From NCBI GenBank assembly GCA_030064845.1, contig JASJEC010000019.1, positions 9,537 through 73,536 on the forward strand: a DNA stretch of 64,000 bases. Reading direction: 5' to 3'. The position numbers and the translations under genes are program-made. The stretch is from Kiloniellales bacterium. GTDB taxonomy: Bacteria > Pseudomonadota > Alphaproteobacteria > Kiloniellales > JAKSDN01. Within the stretch, counting starts at the first letter, position 1. Each line of letters starts with the position of its first letter. Below, piece by piece: positions 1 through 8,276 of the stretch. The notes under the pieces are model-generated. The model made no database searches, was not told the origin of the DNA, and worked only from the letters and a program-made list of their open reading frames with translations.

Positions 1-1019
1 AAGTGGTTGGTCGCGCCCAGGCCGTCCTTTAAGAAGAACCAGCGGGCGCCGATCAGCAGCTTGTTGAAGGGGTCTAGCCTGCCGTTCAGGGTGATCGGCT
101 GAGTGCAGCGGAATTGGAAGTAGACCTCCAGGTGATCCTGCAGGTTCTCGCCGACGCCGGGCAGCTCGTGGACGACCGGCACTCCGGCGGCACGCAGCAC
201 CTCTGCCGGCCCGACCCCCGAGAGCTGGAGGATCATCGGCGAGCCGATCGAGCCGGCCGAGAGGATCACCTCGTGTCTGGCCTTTACGACGACCGGCTGG
301 CCGCCCTGCTCGTACTCGACGCCCACGGCCTTGCGGCCCTCCAGGATCACGCGGCGTGTCAGCGCCTCGGTTGCGACCGCCAGGTTCGGCCGGCCGCGCG
401 CCGGCTTCAGGTAGGCGTTGGCGGTCGACCAGCGGCGGCCGTCCTTGACCGTCATGTGCATGGCGCCGAAGCCGTCCTGCTGCTGGCCGTTGTAGTCCTC
501 GGTCTCCAGGTAGCCGGCTTGCCGGCCGGCCTCGACGAAGGCGCGGTAGAGCGGGTTCCGCATCTCGTTGCCGTTGCAGGTGCCGAGCGGCCCTTCGGCC
601 CCGCGGTACTCGTCGCCGCCGCCGGTCCAGGTCTCGGCGCGGCGGAAGTAGGGCAGGCAGTCGCTGTAGCCCCAGCCCTCGGCGCCGCTGTCCTGCCATT
701 CCTCGAAGTCGCAGGCGTGGCCGCGCACGTAGACCATGCCGTTGATCGAGGACGAGCCGCCCAGCACCTTGCCGCGCGGGCAGTGCAGGCGCCGGCCGTC
801 AAGGAAGGGCTCGGGCTCTGACTCGAAGAACCAGTTGTAGCGCGGCATGTTCATGGGGATGGAGAGCGCCGAGGGCATCTGGATGAAGATCGAGCGGTCG
901 CTGCCGCCGGCCTCGAGCAGCAGCACCGTGACGTCGGGATCCTCGGTCAGGCGCGCGGCCAGCACGCAGCCGGCCGAACCGGCGCCCACGATGACGTAGT
1001 CGAATTCCTTGGCGTCCAT
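1..1019 (-). CDS. GMC-family FAD oxidoreductase (choline dehydrogenase-like), N-terminal ~340 aa; 3' end runs off the left edge
   Basis: Absent from the ORF track because there is no stop in the window. Reverse translation from the ATG (complement of 1017-1019) gives [39 protein letters not shown]...[18 protein letters not shown]...[18 protein letters not shown]. It has the GxGxxG FAD fold and the GMC signature, and is collinear by eye with E. coli BetA. Confidence 0.85.
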   Translation of the reverse strand, partial: MDAKEFDYVIVGAGSAGCVLAARLTEDPDVTVLLLEAGGSDRSIFIQMPSALSIPMNMPRYNWFFESEPEPFLDGRRLHCPRGKVLGGSSSINGMVYVRGHACDFEEWQDSGAEGWGYSDCLPYFRRAETWTGGGDEYRGAEGPLGTCNGNEMRNPLYRAFVEAGRQAGYLETEDYNGQQQDGFGAMHMTVKDGRRWSTANAYLKPARGRPNLAVATEALTRRVILEGRKAVGVEYEQGGQPVVVKARHEVILSAGSIGSPMILQLSGVGPAEVLRAAGVPVVHELPGVGENLQDHLEVYFQFRCTQPITLNGRLDPFNKLLIGARWFFLKDGLGATNH

Positions 1020-1129
1020 AGCCCTCTCCCCGCGGGTTCATCTTCGGCGGGCCCGAAGCGCTTGTCACGCCGAAAGCTGGTCATCGGTCGGAAGCGGCTT
1101 TAGCATCCGCACAAGAGGTGCGAACCCGG

Positions 1130-1222
1130 CACCATCACCCTTCGACAAGCTCAGGGTGAGGGCGGGGTGTTGCAAGAAAAGTCCCTCATCCTGAGCTCGT
1201 CGAAGGATGACCGTGATCAAGG
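1130..1222. repeat. Intergenic palindromic repeat, family A (ttcgacaagctcagg[g/a]tgaggg core)
   Basis: Arms cacccttcgacaagctcagggtgaggg / ccctcatcctgagctcgtcgaaggatga. Related copies lie at 31229-31323 and 58714-58826. Confidence 0.8.
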
Positions 1223-1260
1223 ATTCCAGTGTCCGTCTCCAAGAGGGCTAGACCTCACCC

Positions 1261-2211
1261 ATGACAGAGACCTCAGGATTAGACGCCCCCGGCACCTTCA
1301 TGGGCGTGCCCTTCTCGCGCGACCCGCGCGGCAGCAAGGCGGCGATCCTGGGCATGCCTTTCGATTGCGGCACCCACCCGACCCGGATCGGGGCGCGCCA
1401 GGGGCCGGCGGCGATCCGCGCACAGTCGGGGCTGGTGCGGCCGTTCCAGCCGCCGCACGCCGACTTCAACCCCCTGGACGCGCTGAACCTGGTCGACTGC
1501 GGCGACGTCGACGTGATCCCCAGCATGATCGAGCCCTCGTTCGAGCGCATCGAGGCGGCGGTCGCGCGCCTAGTCGAGGCGGAGGCCGTTCCGGTCACCA
1601 TGGGCGGCGACGGCTCGGTGACCTTGCCGCAGCTGCGCGCGCTGCACCGCAAGTATCCCGACCTGGTGGTGCTGCACATCGACGCCCACACCGACACCTA
1701 CCCCGGCGACGGCAACGCGGTGCAGGACCGCTACAACACCGCGACCACCTTCACCCGGGCGGCCGAGGAGGGCGTGGTCGACGCCGCCGGCTCGATCCAC
1801 GTCGGGCCGCGCGGCACGGTTTCGCTGGGCGGCGTGTTCGAGCACACGCGCGACCAGGGCTACGCCTTGATCGACGGCGCGGAGCTGACCCGCCGGGGCT
1901 TCGACCACGTAGGCGCCGAGCTGCGCGAGCGCTTCACGGGCAAGCCGGTCTACCTCTGCTTCGACATGGACTTCTTCGACCCGTCCTGCGCGCCGGGCGT
2001 CTGCACCCCGACCTGGGGCGGTGCGACGGCCCGGGAAGGGCTGGACTTCCTGCGCTCGCTCGGCGGCCTCGACTACGTCGCCTTCGACGTCAACACGGTG
2101 AGCCCGCCCCACGACGTCGGCGGCATGACGGCCTTCCTGGCCGGGACCGTGATGATCCAGTGCCTGGCGCTGGCCTGCCAGGCGCCGTCGCTTCGCCGCG
2201 CCGGTTCATGA
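1261..2211 (+). CDS. Ureohydrolase of the arginase/agmatinase family (agmatinase or guanidino-acid hydrolase)
   Basis: 316-aa ORF with arginase-fold metal motifs GGDGS, HIDAHTD and CFDMDFFDP. Confidence 0.85.
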   Translation: MTETSGLDAPGTFMGVPFSRDPRGSKAAILGMPFDCGTHPTRIGARQGPAAIRAQSGLVRPFQPPHADFNPLDALNLVDCGDVDVIPSMIEPSFERIEAAVARLVEAEAVPVTMGGDGSVTLPQLRALHRKYPDLVVLHIDAHTDTYPGDGNAVQDRYNTATTFTRAAEEGVVDAAGSIHVGPRGTVSLGGVFEHTRDQGYALIDGAELTRRGFDHVGAELRERFTGKPVYLCFDMDFFDPSCAPGVCTPTWGGATAREGLDFLRSLGGLDYVAFDVNTVSPPHDVGGMTAFLAGTVMIQCLALACQAPSLRRAGS

Positions 2212-2233
2212 ACGCGATAGAGGGGGAAAGCGC

Positions 2234-3010
2234 ATGACGGAAGAAAGCCGATCCAGGATCCCAGCGGGCCTCAGGGTCCTGGTCACGGCCGGCGCGGCCG
2301 GCATCGGCCGGGCGATCGCCGCCCGCTTCGCGCGCGAGGGTGCCCAGGTCACGGTCTGCGACATCGACGAGGCGGCGCTCGAGAACTTCCGCCAGGCGCA
2401 TCACGACTGCAGCGCCTGGCCCTGCGACGTGGCCGACGAGGGCCAGGTCGCGGCACTCTTGGAGAGCCTCGACGGCCTCGACGTGCTGGTCAACAACGCG
2501 GGCATCGCCGGGCCGACCGCCGGCGTCGGCGAGCTCGATCCCGCCGACTGGCGGCGCACCGTCGAGGTCAACCTGACCGGGCACTTCTATTGCACCCACT
2601 ACGCCATGCCCCTGCTGCGCGTCTCCGAGGCCGCCTCGATCATCTGCCTCTCCTCGGTCGCCGGCCGGCTCGGCTTTCCCTACCGCACGCCCTACGCGGC
2701 AACCAAGTGGGGCGTGGTCGGACTGGTCAAGAGCCTGGCGGTGGAGCTCGGGCCCGAGGGCATCAGGGTCAACGCCATTCTGCCCGGCGTGGTCGAGGGG
2801 CCGCGCATCGAGCGGGTCTTCGCCGCGCGCGCCGAGACGCTCGGCCGGCCGGTCGAGGAGGTCAAGCAGGAGAACCTCGCCAAGGTCTCGCTGCGCTCGA
2901 TGGTCTCGGCCGAGGACATCGCCGACATGGCGCACTTCCTCTGCACGCCGGCGGGACGCAACATCTCCGGTCAGGCGCTCAGCGTCTGCGGCAACGTCGA
3001 GGCGCTTTAG
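2234..3010 (+). CDS. Short-chain dehydrogenase/reductase (SDR)
   Basis: 258 aa. N-terminal VLVTAGAAGIGRAIA Rossmann motif, NNAG, and YAATKWG (YxxxK). Confidence 0.85.
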   Translation: MTEESRSRIPAGLRVLVTAGAAGIGRAIAARFAREGAQVTVCDIDEAALENFRQAHHDCSAWPCDVADEGQVAALLESLDGLDVLVNNAGIAGPTAGVGELDPADWRRTVEVNLTGHFYCTHYAMPLLRVSEAASIICLSSVAGRLGFPYRTPYAATKWGVVGLVKSLAVELGPEGIRVNAILPGVVEGPRIERVFAARAETLGRPVEEVKQENLAKVSLRSMVSAEDIADMAHFLCTPAGRNISGQALSVCGNVEAL

Positions 3011-3042
3011 GCGCGTACGGCCGGATGTCGTGCGCCTTCTTT

Positions 3043-3134
3043 CTGTCATGCCCGGACTTGATCCGGGCATCCAGCAAAGCCGGCACGTGACCTGCGGTCG
3101 CCCTGGATGGCCGGATCAAGTCCGGCCATGACAG
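3043..3134. repeat. Intergenic palindromic repeat, family B (gtcatgcccggacttgatccgggcatcc type)
   Basis: ctgtcatgcccggacttgatccgggcatccag ... ctggatggccggatcaagtccggccatgacag. A second copy lies at 59868-59962. Confidence 0.8.
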
Positions 3135-3292
3135 AGACATGGAGGGGTCGGTTGGTGCCGGCCCCTCTTCGAAGAGGGGAGCGTCCGACATCGCCTTTGC
3201 CGAAGGGTGCCGGCCAAGCAGGCCGACCCTATCCCACTCGCGCGCCCCGGCATTACTATGCTGCCTGCAAATTTAGACCCAGGACTCCTCCC

Positions 3293-4234
3293 ATGGTCGG
3301 CAAATCCGACGGCGCGCCCGCTTCGCTCAGTCCCCAGGCGAAAGCCTTCGTCCGGGAGAATCTCGCGAAGCCCGACCCGCCGCGGACCGCCGAGGGCATC
3401 GTCGCGCTGCGCGAGGAGACCCGGGCGGCCTACCGGGTCGGCTGCGAAGCCATGCGGGACCGCTACGTTGCTTCGGCCGAGGATGGCGAGATCGGCGGGG
3501 TCCGGGTGCAGGAGCTGCGGCCCAAGGCGCTGTCGCCCGAGGGCGAAGGGGCACTGCTCTACCTCTTCGGCGGCGGCTTCGTGCTGGGGAGCCCCTTCGA
3601 GGACCTTCGGATCAGCGCGCCGCTCGCCCACCACCTCGGCCGGCCGGTCTTCGCGCCGCACTACCGGCTCGCCCCCGAGCACCCCTTTCCCGCCGCGCTC
3701 GACGATGTCTGGGCGGTCTACCGGGCGCTCGTCGACCGCTTCGGGGCGGACAAGCTCGCGCTGGCCGGGGAGTCGGCCGGCGGCAACCTGGCGCTGGCCC
3801 TGCTGCAGCGCGCCCAGACCGAGGCGGCGCCGCTGCCGGCGGCCGCCGCGCTCTTGTCGCCGGCAGCGGATCTGGCCGGGGGCGGCGACAGTCTGGAGGT
3901 CAACGCCGAGCGCGACCCGACCCTGACGCCGGCGGCAGTCCGCGCCTGCACCGAGCTCTACACCGGCGGCCATCCGGCCGACGATCCACTGGTCTCGCCG
4001 CTGCGCGGCGCCTACGGCGCCGGCTTTCCGCCGACCCTGATCACCACGGGCACGCGCGACCTCTTCCTCAGCCAGGCCGTGCGCCTGCACCGGGTCCTGC
4101 GCCAGGCCGGCGCCGAGAGCCGGCTCAACGTCTGGGACGGCCTCTGGCACGTCTTCGAGTTCTATCCCGAGATCCCCGAGGCCGGGCAGTCGCTTGAGGA
4201 GATTGCGGCCTTTCTGAAGCGTTACCTCGACTAG
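3293..4234 (+). CDS. Alpha/beta-hydrolase, HSL-type esterase/lipase family
   Basis: Motifs LFGGGF (oxyanion HGGG-like) and GESAGGNLA (GxSxG). The start is moved to ATG 3293 because the upstream part of ORF 3107.. lies inside repeat B and is low-complexity. Confidence 0.8.
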   Translation: MVGKSDGAPASLSPQAKAFVRENLAKPDPPRTAEGIVALREETRAAYRVGCEAMRDRYVASAEDGEIGGVRVQELRPKALSPEGEGALLYLFGGGFVLGSPFEDLRISAPLAHHLGRPVFAPHYRLAPEHPFPAALDDVWAVYRALVDRFGADKLALAGESAGGNLALALLQRAQTEAAPLPAAAALLSPAADLAGGGDSLEVNAERDPTLTPAAVRACTELYTGGHPADDPLVSPLRGAYGAGFPPTLITTGTRDLFLSQAVRLHRVLRQAGAESRLNVWDGLWHVFEFYPEIPEAGQSLEEIAAFLKRYLD

Positions 4235-4812
4235 CTTTCCAGGCTGGCGACCAGGCGGTGGGCGGCCGCCCTCGCGTCCGAACGGAAGCCGCGCATGGAC
4301 CCAAGCGGGTTCAGGGAGTCGACGGTAAAGAAGATGCCGACGAGGCCGGCGGCGACCGCCTGGCACGCCCCGGGTTCGGCGGTGGGAAAGCAGCGGCCGA
4401 GTTCGGCCGCGATTCGTTCGACGAAGTCTTCGATCCAGGACCGCAGCTTGGGCGCGAGCTCGGGCCGGTGGGCGCTCGCCGCCACCAGAGCGTCGGCCAC
4501 GAGGACCGCCTGCGCGTCGGCGTAGGACTCGTCGAAGAGAAAGTCGATCAAGGCGGCCGCCCGTCCCTCGGCCGGCAGGGCGGCGAAGAGCTCGTCGCTG
4601 TCCTGGCTCGAGCGGTCCAGGAAGCGCGCGACGAGGGCGTCCAACAGGTCGTCGCGGTTGCCGATATAGTGCCGCAGGAGGCTGCGCCTGAGGCCGGCCT
4701 CCTCGGCGATCTTCTCCAGCGTCGAGCCTTCCACGCCGAAGCGCGCCACGCAGCGCTCGAAGGCGTCCAGGATCTCCTCGGTTCGCTCGGTCTTCACGCT
4801 CGGGCGCGGCAC
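4231..4812 (-). CDS. TetR-family transcriptional regulator
   Basis: 193 aa with a GTG start. N-terminal HTH ILDAFERCVARFGVEGSTLEKIAEEAGLRRSLLRHYIGNRDDLL. Confidence 0.85.
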   Translation of the reverse strand: MPRPSVKTERTEEILDAFERCVARFGVEGSTLEKIAEEAGLRRSLLRHYIGNRDDLLDALVARFLDRSSQDSDELFAALPAEGRAAALIDFLFDESYADAQAVLVADALVAASAHRPELAPKLRSWIEDFVERIAAELGRCFPTAEPGACQAVAAGLVGIFFTVDSLNPLGSMRGFRSDARAAAHRLVASLES

Positions 4813-4827
4813 CGCGGCCTCCGTTAG

Positions 4828-4876
4828 TTGTCAGACTTGACAATTTATCCTGGACAGATCAGATGTAAATTGTCAA
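4828..4876. promoter_or_regulatory. Candidate TetR operator(s) in the divergent intergenic region
   Basis: TTGTCAgactTGACAA (4828-4843). Perfect 11-bp inverted pair TTGACAATTTA (4837-4847) / TAAATTGTCAA (4866-4876). AT-rich in a GC-rich context. Confidence 0.5.
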
Positions 4877-4913
4877 TTTTGATTATCAACGTAACGGCGC
4901 AGGGAGCAGGGCC

Positions 4914-5771
4914 GTGGCCTACCTCGAACAGACCTTCAGCGAGTGGCAGCTCTATGCCTGGGACGAGCAGATCAACGACTGGTTCTTCCTGATCTTCCTC
5001 GCTTTTCTCGGGGTGGAGCTGCTGCGCCTCTTGTTCAAGCGGGCGCTGACCTGGAACATCCTCGGCGACACGGTGACCAACTTCGTCACGCTCACCGCCT
5101 TCATCGGGCTCTACTACATCCTTCTCGGCGCCTTCTACATCGGCATCTTCTACGTCTTTCACGAGTACCGGCTGTTCGACATCCCGATCACGCTCTGGTC
5201 GGTTCTGCTCTGCTTCCTGCTGGGGGACATGGCTTACTACTGGGAGCACCGCTTCTCCCACCGGGTGGGGCTCGCCTGGGCGAGCCACACGGTTCACCAC
5301 AGCTCGCCCTACTTCAATATCTCGGTGGCCTACCGCTTCGGGCCTTTGGACGGCTTGATCCCACTGCCTTTCCATCTTCCGCTGGTCCTGCTCGGCTTCC
5401 ACCCGGCGCTGGTCCTCTTCGCCGAATCCATGAACCTGCTCTACCAGACCGCGCTCCATACCGAGACGGTCCGCAAGCTGCCGCGGCCGATCGAGGCGGT
5501 CTTCAACACGCCCTCCCACCACCGGGTTCACCACGGCGCCAACCCGCAGTACATCGACAAGAACTTCGGTGGAATCCTGATCGTCTGGGACAGGCTCTTC
5601 GGCAGCTTCGCGGAAGAGAAGGAGAAGGTCGTCTACGGCCTGACCGAGCAGATCCGCTCGATCAACCCGCTGGTCGTCTTCTTTCACGGGTTCCAGCGCT
5701 TGGCGCGTCGGGCCTGGACCACCAAGGGCCTGGGCAACAAGCTCGCTTGCCTTGTCCGCCCTCCGGCCTAG
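4914..5771 (+). CDS. Fatty-acid hydroxylase / sterol desaturase superfamily membrane di-iron enzyme
   Basis: 285 aa with a GTG start after gggag. His boxes HRFSH, HTVHH and HHRVHH; several hydrophobic helices. Confidence 0.8.
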   Translation: MAYLEQTFSEWQLYAWDEQINDWFFLIFLAFLGVELLRLLFKRALTWNILGDTVTNFVTLTAFIGLYYILLGAFYIGIFYVFHEYRLFDIPITLWSVLLCFLLGDMAYYWEHRFSHRVGLAWASHTVHHSSPYFNISVAYRFGPLDGLIPLPFHLPLVLLGFHPALVLFAESMNLLYQTALHTETVRKLPRPIEAVFNTPSHHRVHHGANPQYIDKNFGGILIVWDRLFGSFAEEKEKVVYGLTEQIRSINPLVVFFHGFQRLARRAWTTKGLGNKLACLVRPPA

Positions 5772-6178
5772 CTTTTCGTCGCGACTCCAGACGCCAGGGC
5801 CTCGAGCGCGGCGAGCGCTTCCTCGGCGCGGTCCTCGGGCACGAAGAGGTGGTCGTGGTAGAAGCCGGCGACGGGATTGGCGCCGATCCCGGCTTCGGCG
5901 AGCCTGGCCGCCACGGCGGCGATGAAGCCGACCGCCTCGAGCGCCGAATGCACCTCGAGGGTGATCCTGCGGCAGGGAAACTCGTGGGCGAGCCCCGCTG
6001 CCTCGGCCGCTGCGCGGGTCACGATCAGCGTCGTGCCCTCCGATTCCTGGAACACGAGCAGCGGCGCCAGCGCGGCGGCGTCGTAGGCCGCGGCGGTGGT
6101 GGCGAAGACGTAGACCTCCGGATGCAGCCGCGGCCGCATGGCCGCGAGCAGCGTCTCCAGGCGCGTCTCACCCGACAT
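5768..6178 (-). CDS. ACT-domain (ACT_7/DUF2241-like) small-molecule-binding protein
   Basis: 136 aa, ...VYVFATT...LLVFQESEGTTLIV...RITLEVHSALEAVGFIAAVAARLAEAGIGANPVAGFYHDHLFVP. Its start overlaps the desaturase stop by 11 nt. Confidence 0.6.
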   Translation of the reverse strand: MSGETRLETLLAAMRPRLHPEVYVFATTAAAYDAAALAPLLVFQESEGTTLIVTRAAAEAAGLAHEFPCRRITLEVHSALEAVGFIAAVAARLAEAGIGANPVAGFYHDHLFVPEDRAEEALAALEALASGVATKS

Positions 6179-7163
6179 GGGCGGCCTCCGGACTGCCGCT
6201 GGGCGGCGGTGCCGACAGGGCCGCCTGGCCGTCGGCGGCCGCCGCGAGCGCCCGCTCCGTGGTCGGCGAAATGCCGGCCCTGGGCGGCAGCTCGCTGGGC
6301 AGCTTCACGTTCCAGGCCAGGCCCAGCAACTGCAGCACCTGGATGAAGCGCCACCCGAGGTCGATCTGGCCCGGATAGAGCCCGTGACGCGCGGAACTGG
6401 GAAAAGCGTGGTGGTTGTTGTGCCAAGCCTCGCCCATGGTCGGGATGGCGAGCCATGGAACGTTGTGCGCCTGGATCACCGCGTCATCGACGAGCCAGTC
6501 CTGGGGCCCGCGTGTATGGGCGAAGTATGAGATCATCCAATGCATGGTCGTGCAGGCGGAGACCCGCAGGCACACCCCCCAGACCACCCAGGACCAGCCG
6601 CCCAGCCAATAGAGCGCGAGAGCGATGGGGACTTGATGAAGCATCCAAGTTCTGTCGAGGAAAACGATGAAGCGGTCTCCCGCGATGTCGGGACCGGGGT
6701 CGAAGCCGGGCGGGTTCTTCAGTTTGATCCCGAAGTTGAGATAGAAGAACCCTTCGAGGAGAAACGGCTTGCCGTGGCGCAGAAACCAATGGCAGTTCGG
6801 CTGCCTCTGAGCCCAATCGCGGCTGTCGTGCAGCCGAATGGTCCATATCGGACCGCCCATGCCGACAAGCGTGCCGAGCCAGAGCAGGACGTACTCGAGC
6901 CATTTCGGGCATTCGAAGCTGCGGTGCACGAGGCGGCGGTGAAAACCAACCGAGTGACCGGCGCAGAGCGTGACCGCGCTGGTCACCAGGAAGACCCCCA
7001 AGGCACTCCACTCGAAGGTCAGCGGCGCGAGCACCACGGCGCACAGGAACATGAGGGTGTTCCAGATGGATCGCGGCCAATCCCAGACGACTTCCCCCTC
7101 GGTCGGGTCGGCCGTGTCGAGATCCGTCAGGGAATTGACTTTGTAGGCATCCTGCTCGGTCAT
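6168..7163 (-). CDS. Membrane acyl-CoA/acyl-lipid (delta-9-like) desaturase family protein with an atypical second His box
   Basis: 331 aa. HRRLVH (box 1), AHTRGPQDW and GEAWHNNHHAFPSSARHG (box 3). The position of box 2 (HRxHH) reads WTIRLHDSRDW. Confidence 0.8.
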   Translation of the reverse strand: MTEQDAYKVNSLTDLDTADPTEGEVVWDWPRSIWNTLMFLCAVVLAPLTFEWSALGVFLVTSAVTLCAGHSVGFHRRLVHRSFECPKWLEYVLLWLGTLVGMGGPIWTIRLHDSRDWAQRQPNCHWFLRHGKPFLLEGFFYLNFGIKLKNPPGFDPGPDIAGDRFIVFLDRTWMLHQVPIALALYWLGGWSWVVWGVCLRVSACTTMHWMISYFAHTRGPQDWLVDDAVIQAHNVPWLAIPTMGEAWHNNHHAFPSSARHGLYPGQIDLGWRFIQVLQLLGLAWNVKLPSELPPRAGISPTTERALAAAADGQAALSAPPPSGSPEAAHVG

Positions 7164-7693
7164 CGCGGGCGCTCCTTCCCGAAGTGTCGGTCCACAAAGC
7201 GGGCGGCGCGGCCGCCGACCCTCAGAACGCTCCTCAGGCGCTCAGGCGAGAGGCGGCTGGCCTGCGCGTCGATGGCGGCGAGGTCCTCCGCCAAGGCGAC
7301 GAGCTTGTCTACTTGCGCGCCGACCGGCTGGTGTTCTGGACCCGCTGCCGCCAGCTCGCTCCGGCAGCCGCGCAGCAGGTCGAGGGCCGGAGCCAGCTCG
7401 CGCCGCCGACGTTCCTCCAGGGCCCGCATCAAGACGTTCCAGGGGTCGCTCTCGGTGCGCCACTGCGCCGCGCCCGCGCGCTCGGCCAGGCCGAAGGCTT
7501 CGAGCCAGGCGAGGGCGTCGGCGAGCGTCGCTCCACCCAAGGCCAGCGCCTCGCGGAGCTCGGCTTCGGTTGCCGGACGCGCGACCAGATACAGATAGCC
7601 GTGAACACGGCAGGGCAGGGCCGGGTTACCCCAGCGGCCGCCGAGCTCGCCGAGGAAGTCGGCAAGGCGTAAGGCTGGCGCCGGAAGCGTCAC
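7160..7693 (-). CDS. Winged-helix regulator, GbsR/MarR-like (tentative)
   Basis: 177 aa with a GTG start in a GTGA overlap with the ArsR stop. The pattern WGNPALPCRVHGYLYLVARPATEAELREALALGGATLADALAWLEAFGLAER resembles the GbsR family HTH. Confidence 0.5.
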   Translation of the reverse strand: MTLPAPALRLADFLGELGGRWGNPALPCRVHGYLYLVARPATEAELREALALGGATLADALAWLEAFGLAERAGAAQWRTESDPWNVLMRALEERRRRELAPALDLLRGCRSELAAAGPEHQPVGAQVDKLVALAEDLAAIDAQASRLSPERLRSVLRVGGRAARFVDRHFGKERPR

Positions 7694-7995
7694 GCCTCCT
7701 CGTCCTTTCCTTTGCGTTTCGCCGTGATCCGCCGGGCATCGGGGCAGAAGGGGGTTAAGAAGCTATAAAGAGCATTCGCCAGGCTGTCCGCCGCCACGCT
7801 GTAGATGACGTACTGGCCCCGCTTCTGTTCGTGCACCAGCCCGGCCTCCTTGAGTACCGAGAGGTGCTTGGAGATCGAAGGCGTGGCCATGTCGAACTGA
7901 GCCGCGATCTCGCTGACGGTCATGGGGCCGCCGGAAAGGTGATTCAGGATCCGGCGGCGCGGCTCGGAGGAGAGGGCTTTGAAAGGGCTCGACAT
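7690..7995 (-). CDS. ArsR/SmtB-family transcriptional regulator
   Basis: ALSSEPRRRILNHLSGGPMTVSEIAAQFDMATPSISKHLSVLKEAGLV. ATG 7995 is preferred over 8031 because the palindromic AT-rich operator-like sequence lies at 8002-8038. Confidence 0.85.
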   Translation of the reverse strand: MSSPFKALSSEPRRRILNHLSGGPMTVSEIAAQFDMATPSISKHLSVLKEAGLVHEQKRGQYVIYSVAADSLANALYSFLTPFCPDARRITAKRKGKDEEA

Positions 7996-8001
7996 AGATA
8001 T

Positions 8002-8038
8002 TTTCCTAACAAGGAAAGTATCTAAATACAAGGAAACT
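8002..8038. promoter_or_regulatory. Candidate ArsR operator between arsR and phnA
   Basis: TTTCCTaacaAGGAAA (8002-8017), plus direct repeat aacaaggaaagt (8008-8019) / tacaaggaaact (8027-8038). Confidence 0.4.
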
Positions 8039-8276
8039 CTTTCTGCCTGTCAGGGATTTGAAAGGAGCGCGCCTCGGGCCTGCCGCCGCTCAGCAGCCGG
8101 CTACTCCGGTCCTTGCCTTCGGACGCCCGGCTTTGCTCCGTATCCGAGCTTTCGGCACGGCCAATGCCGAAACCGGCGAGATCGAGATTTCCCGAGATTC
8201 CGCTCTGCCACCATTGACAGGAGCGGCAAAAAGCCATTCATCAGGAGCGTGGCGACAGCGATCGAGCGAGGGGCAG

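Noticed and set aside
3116-4843. A 575-aa minus-strand ORF and many similar long ORFs antisense or out of frame to assigned genes. Examples: 17388-20336 (-), 17411-19408 (+), 34574-37318 (-), 43977-46100 (+), 44857-46218 (-), 48181-49620 (-), 54833-57037 (-), 11008-12168 (-), 27851-28837 (-).
   Set aside because: Their translations are Arg/Gly/Pro/Ala-rich low-complexity strings with no motifs. They fully overlap ORFs that carry clear family signatures. Such shadow ORFs are expected in very GC-rich DNA because stop codons are rare.
8058-8276. N-terminal extensions of tracked ORFs: phnA from 8058, phnY from 9251, putA from 17232, ctlX from 16058, esterase from 3107, YHYH from 60917, carbonic anhydrase from 53026.
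   Set aside because: The recognisable homologous sequence starts at an internal Met/Val. The extensions overlap upstream genes or repeats and are compositionally aberrant.
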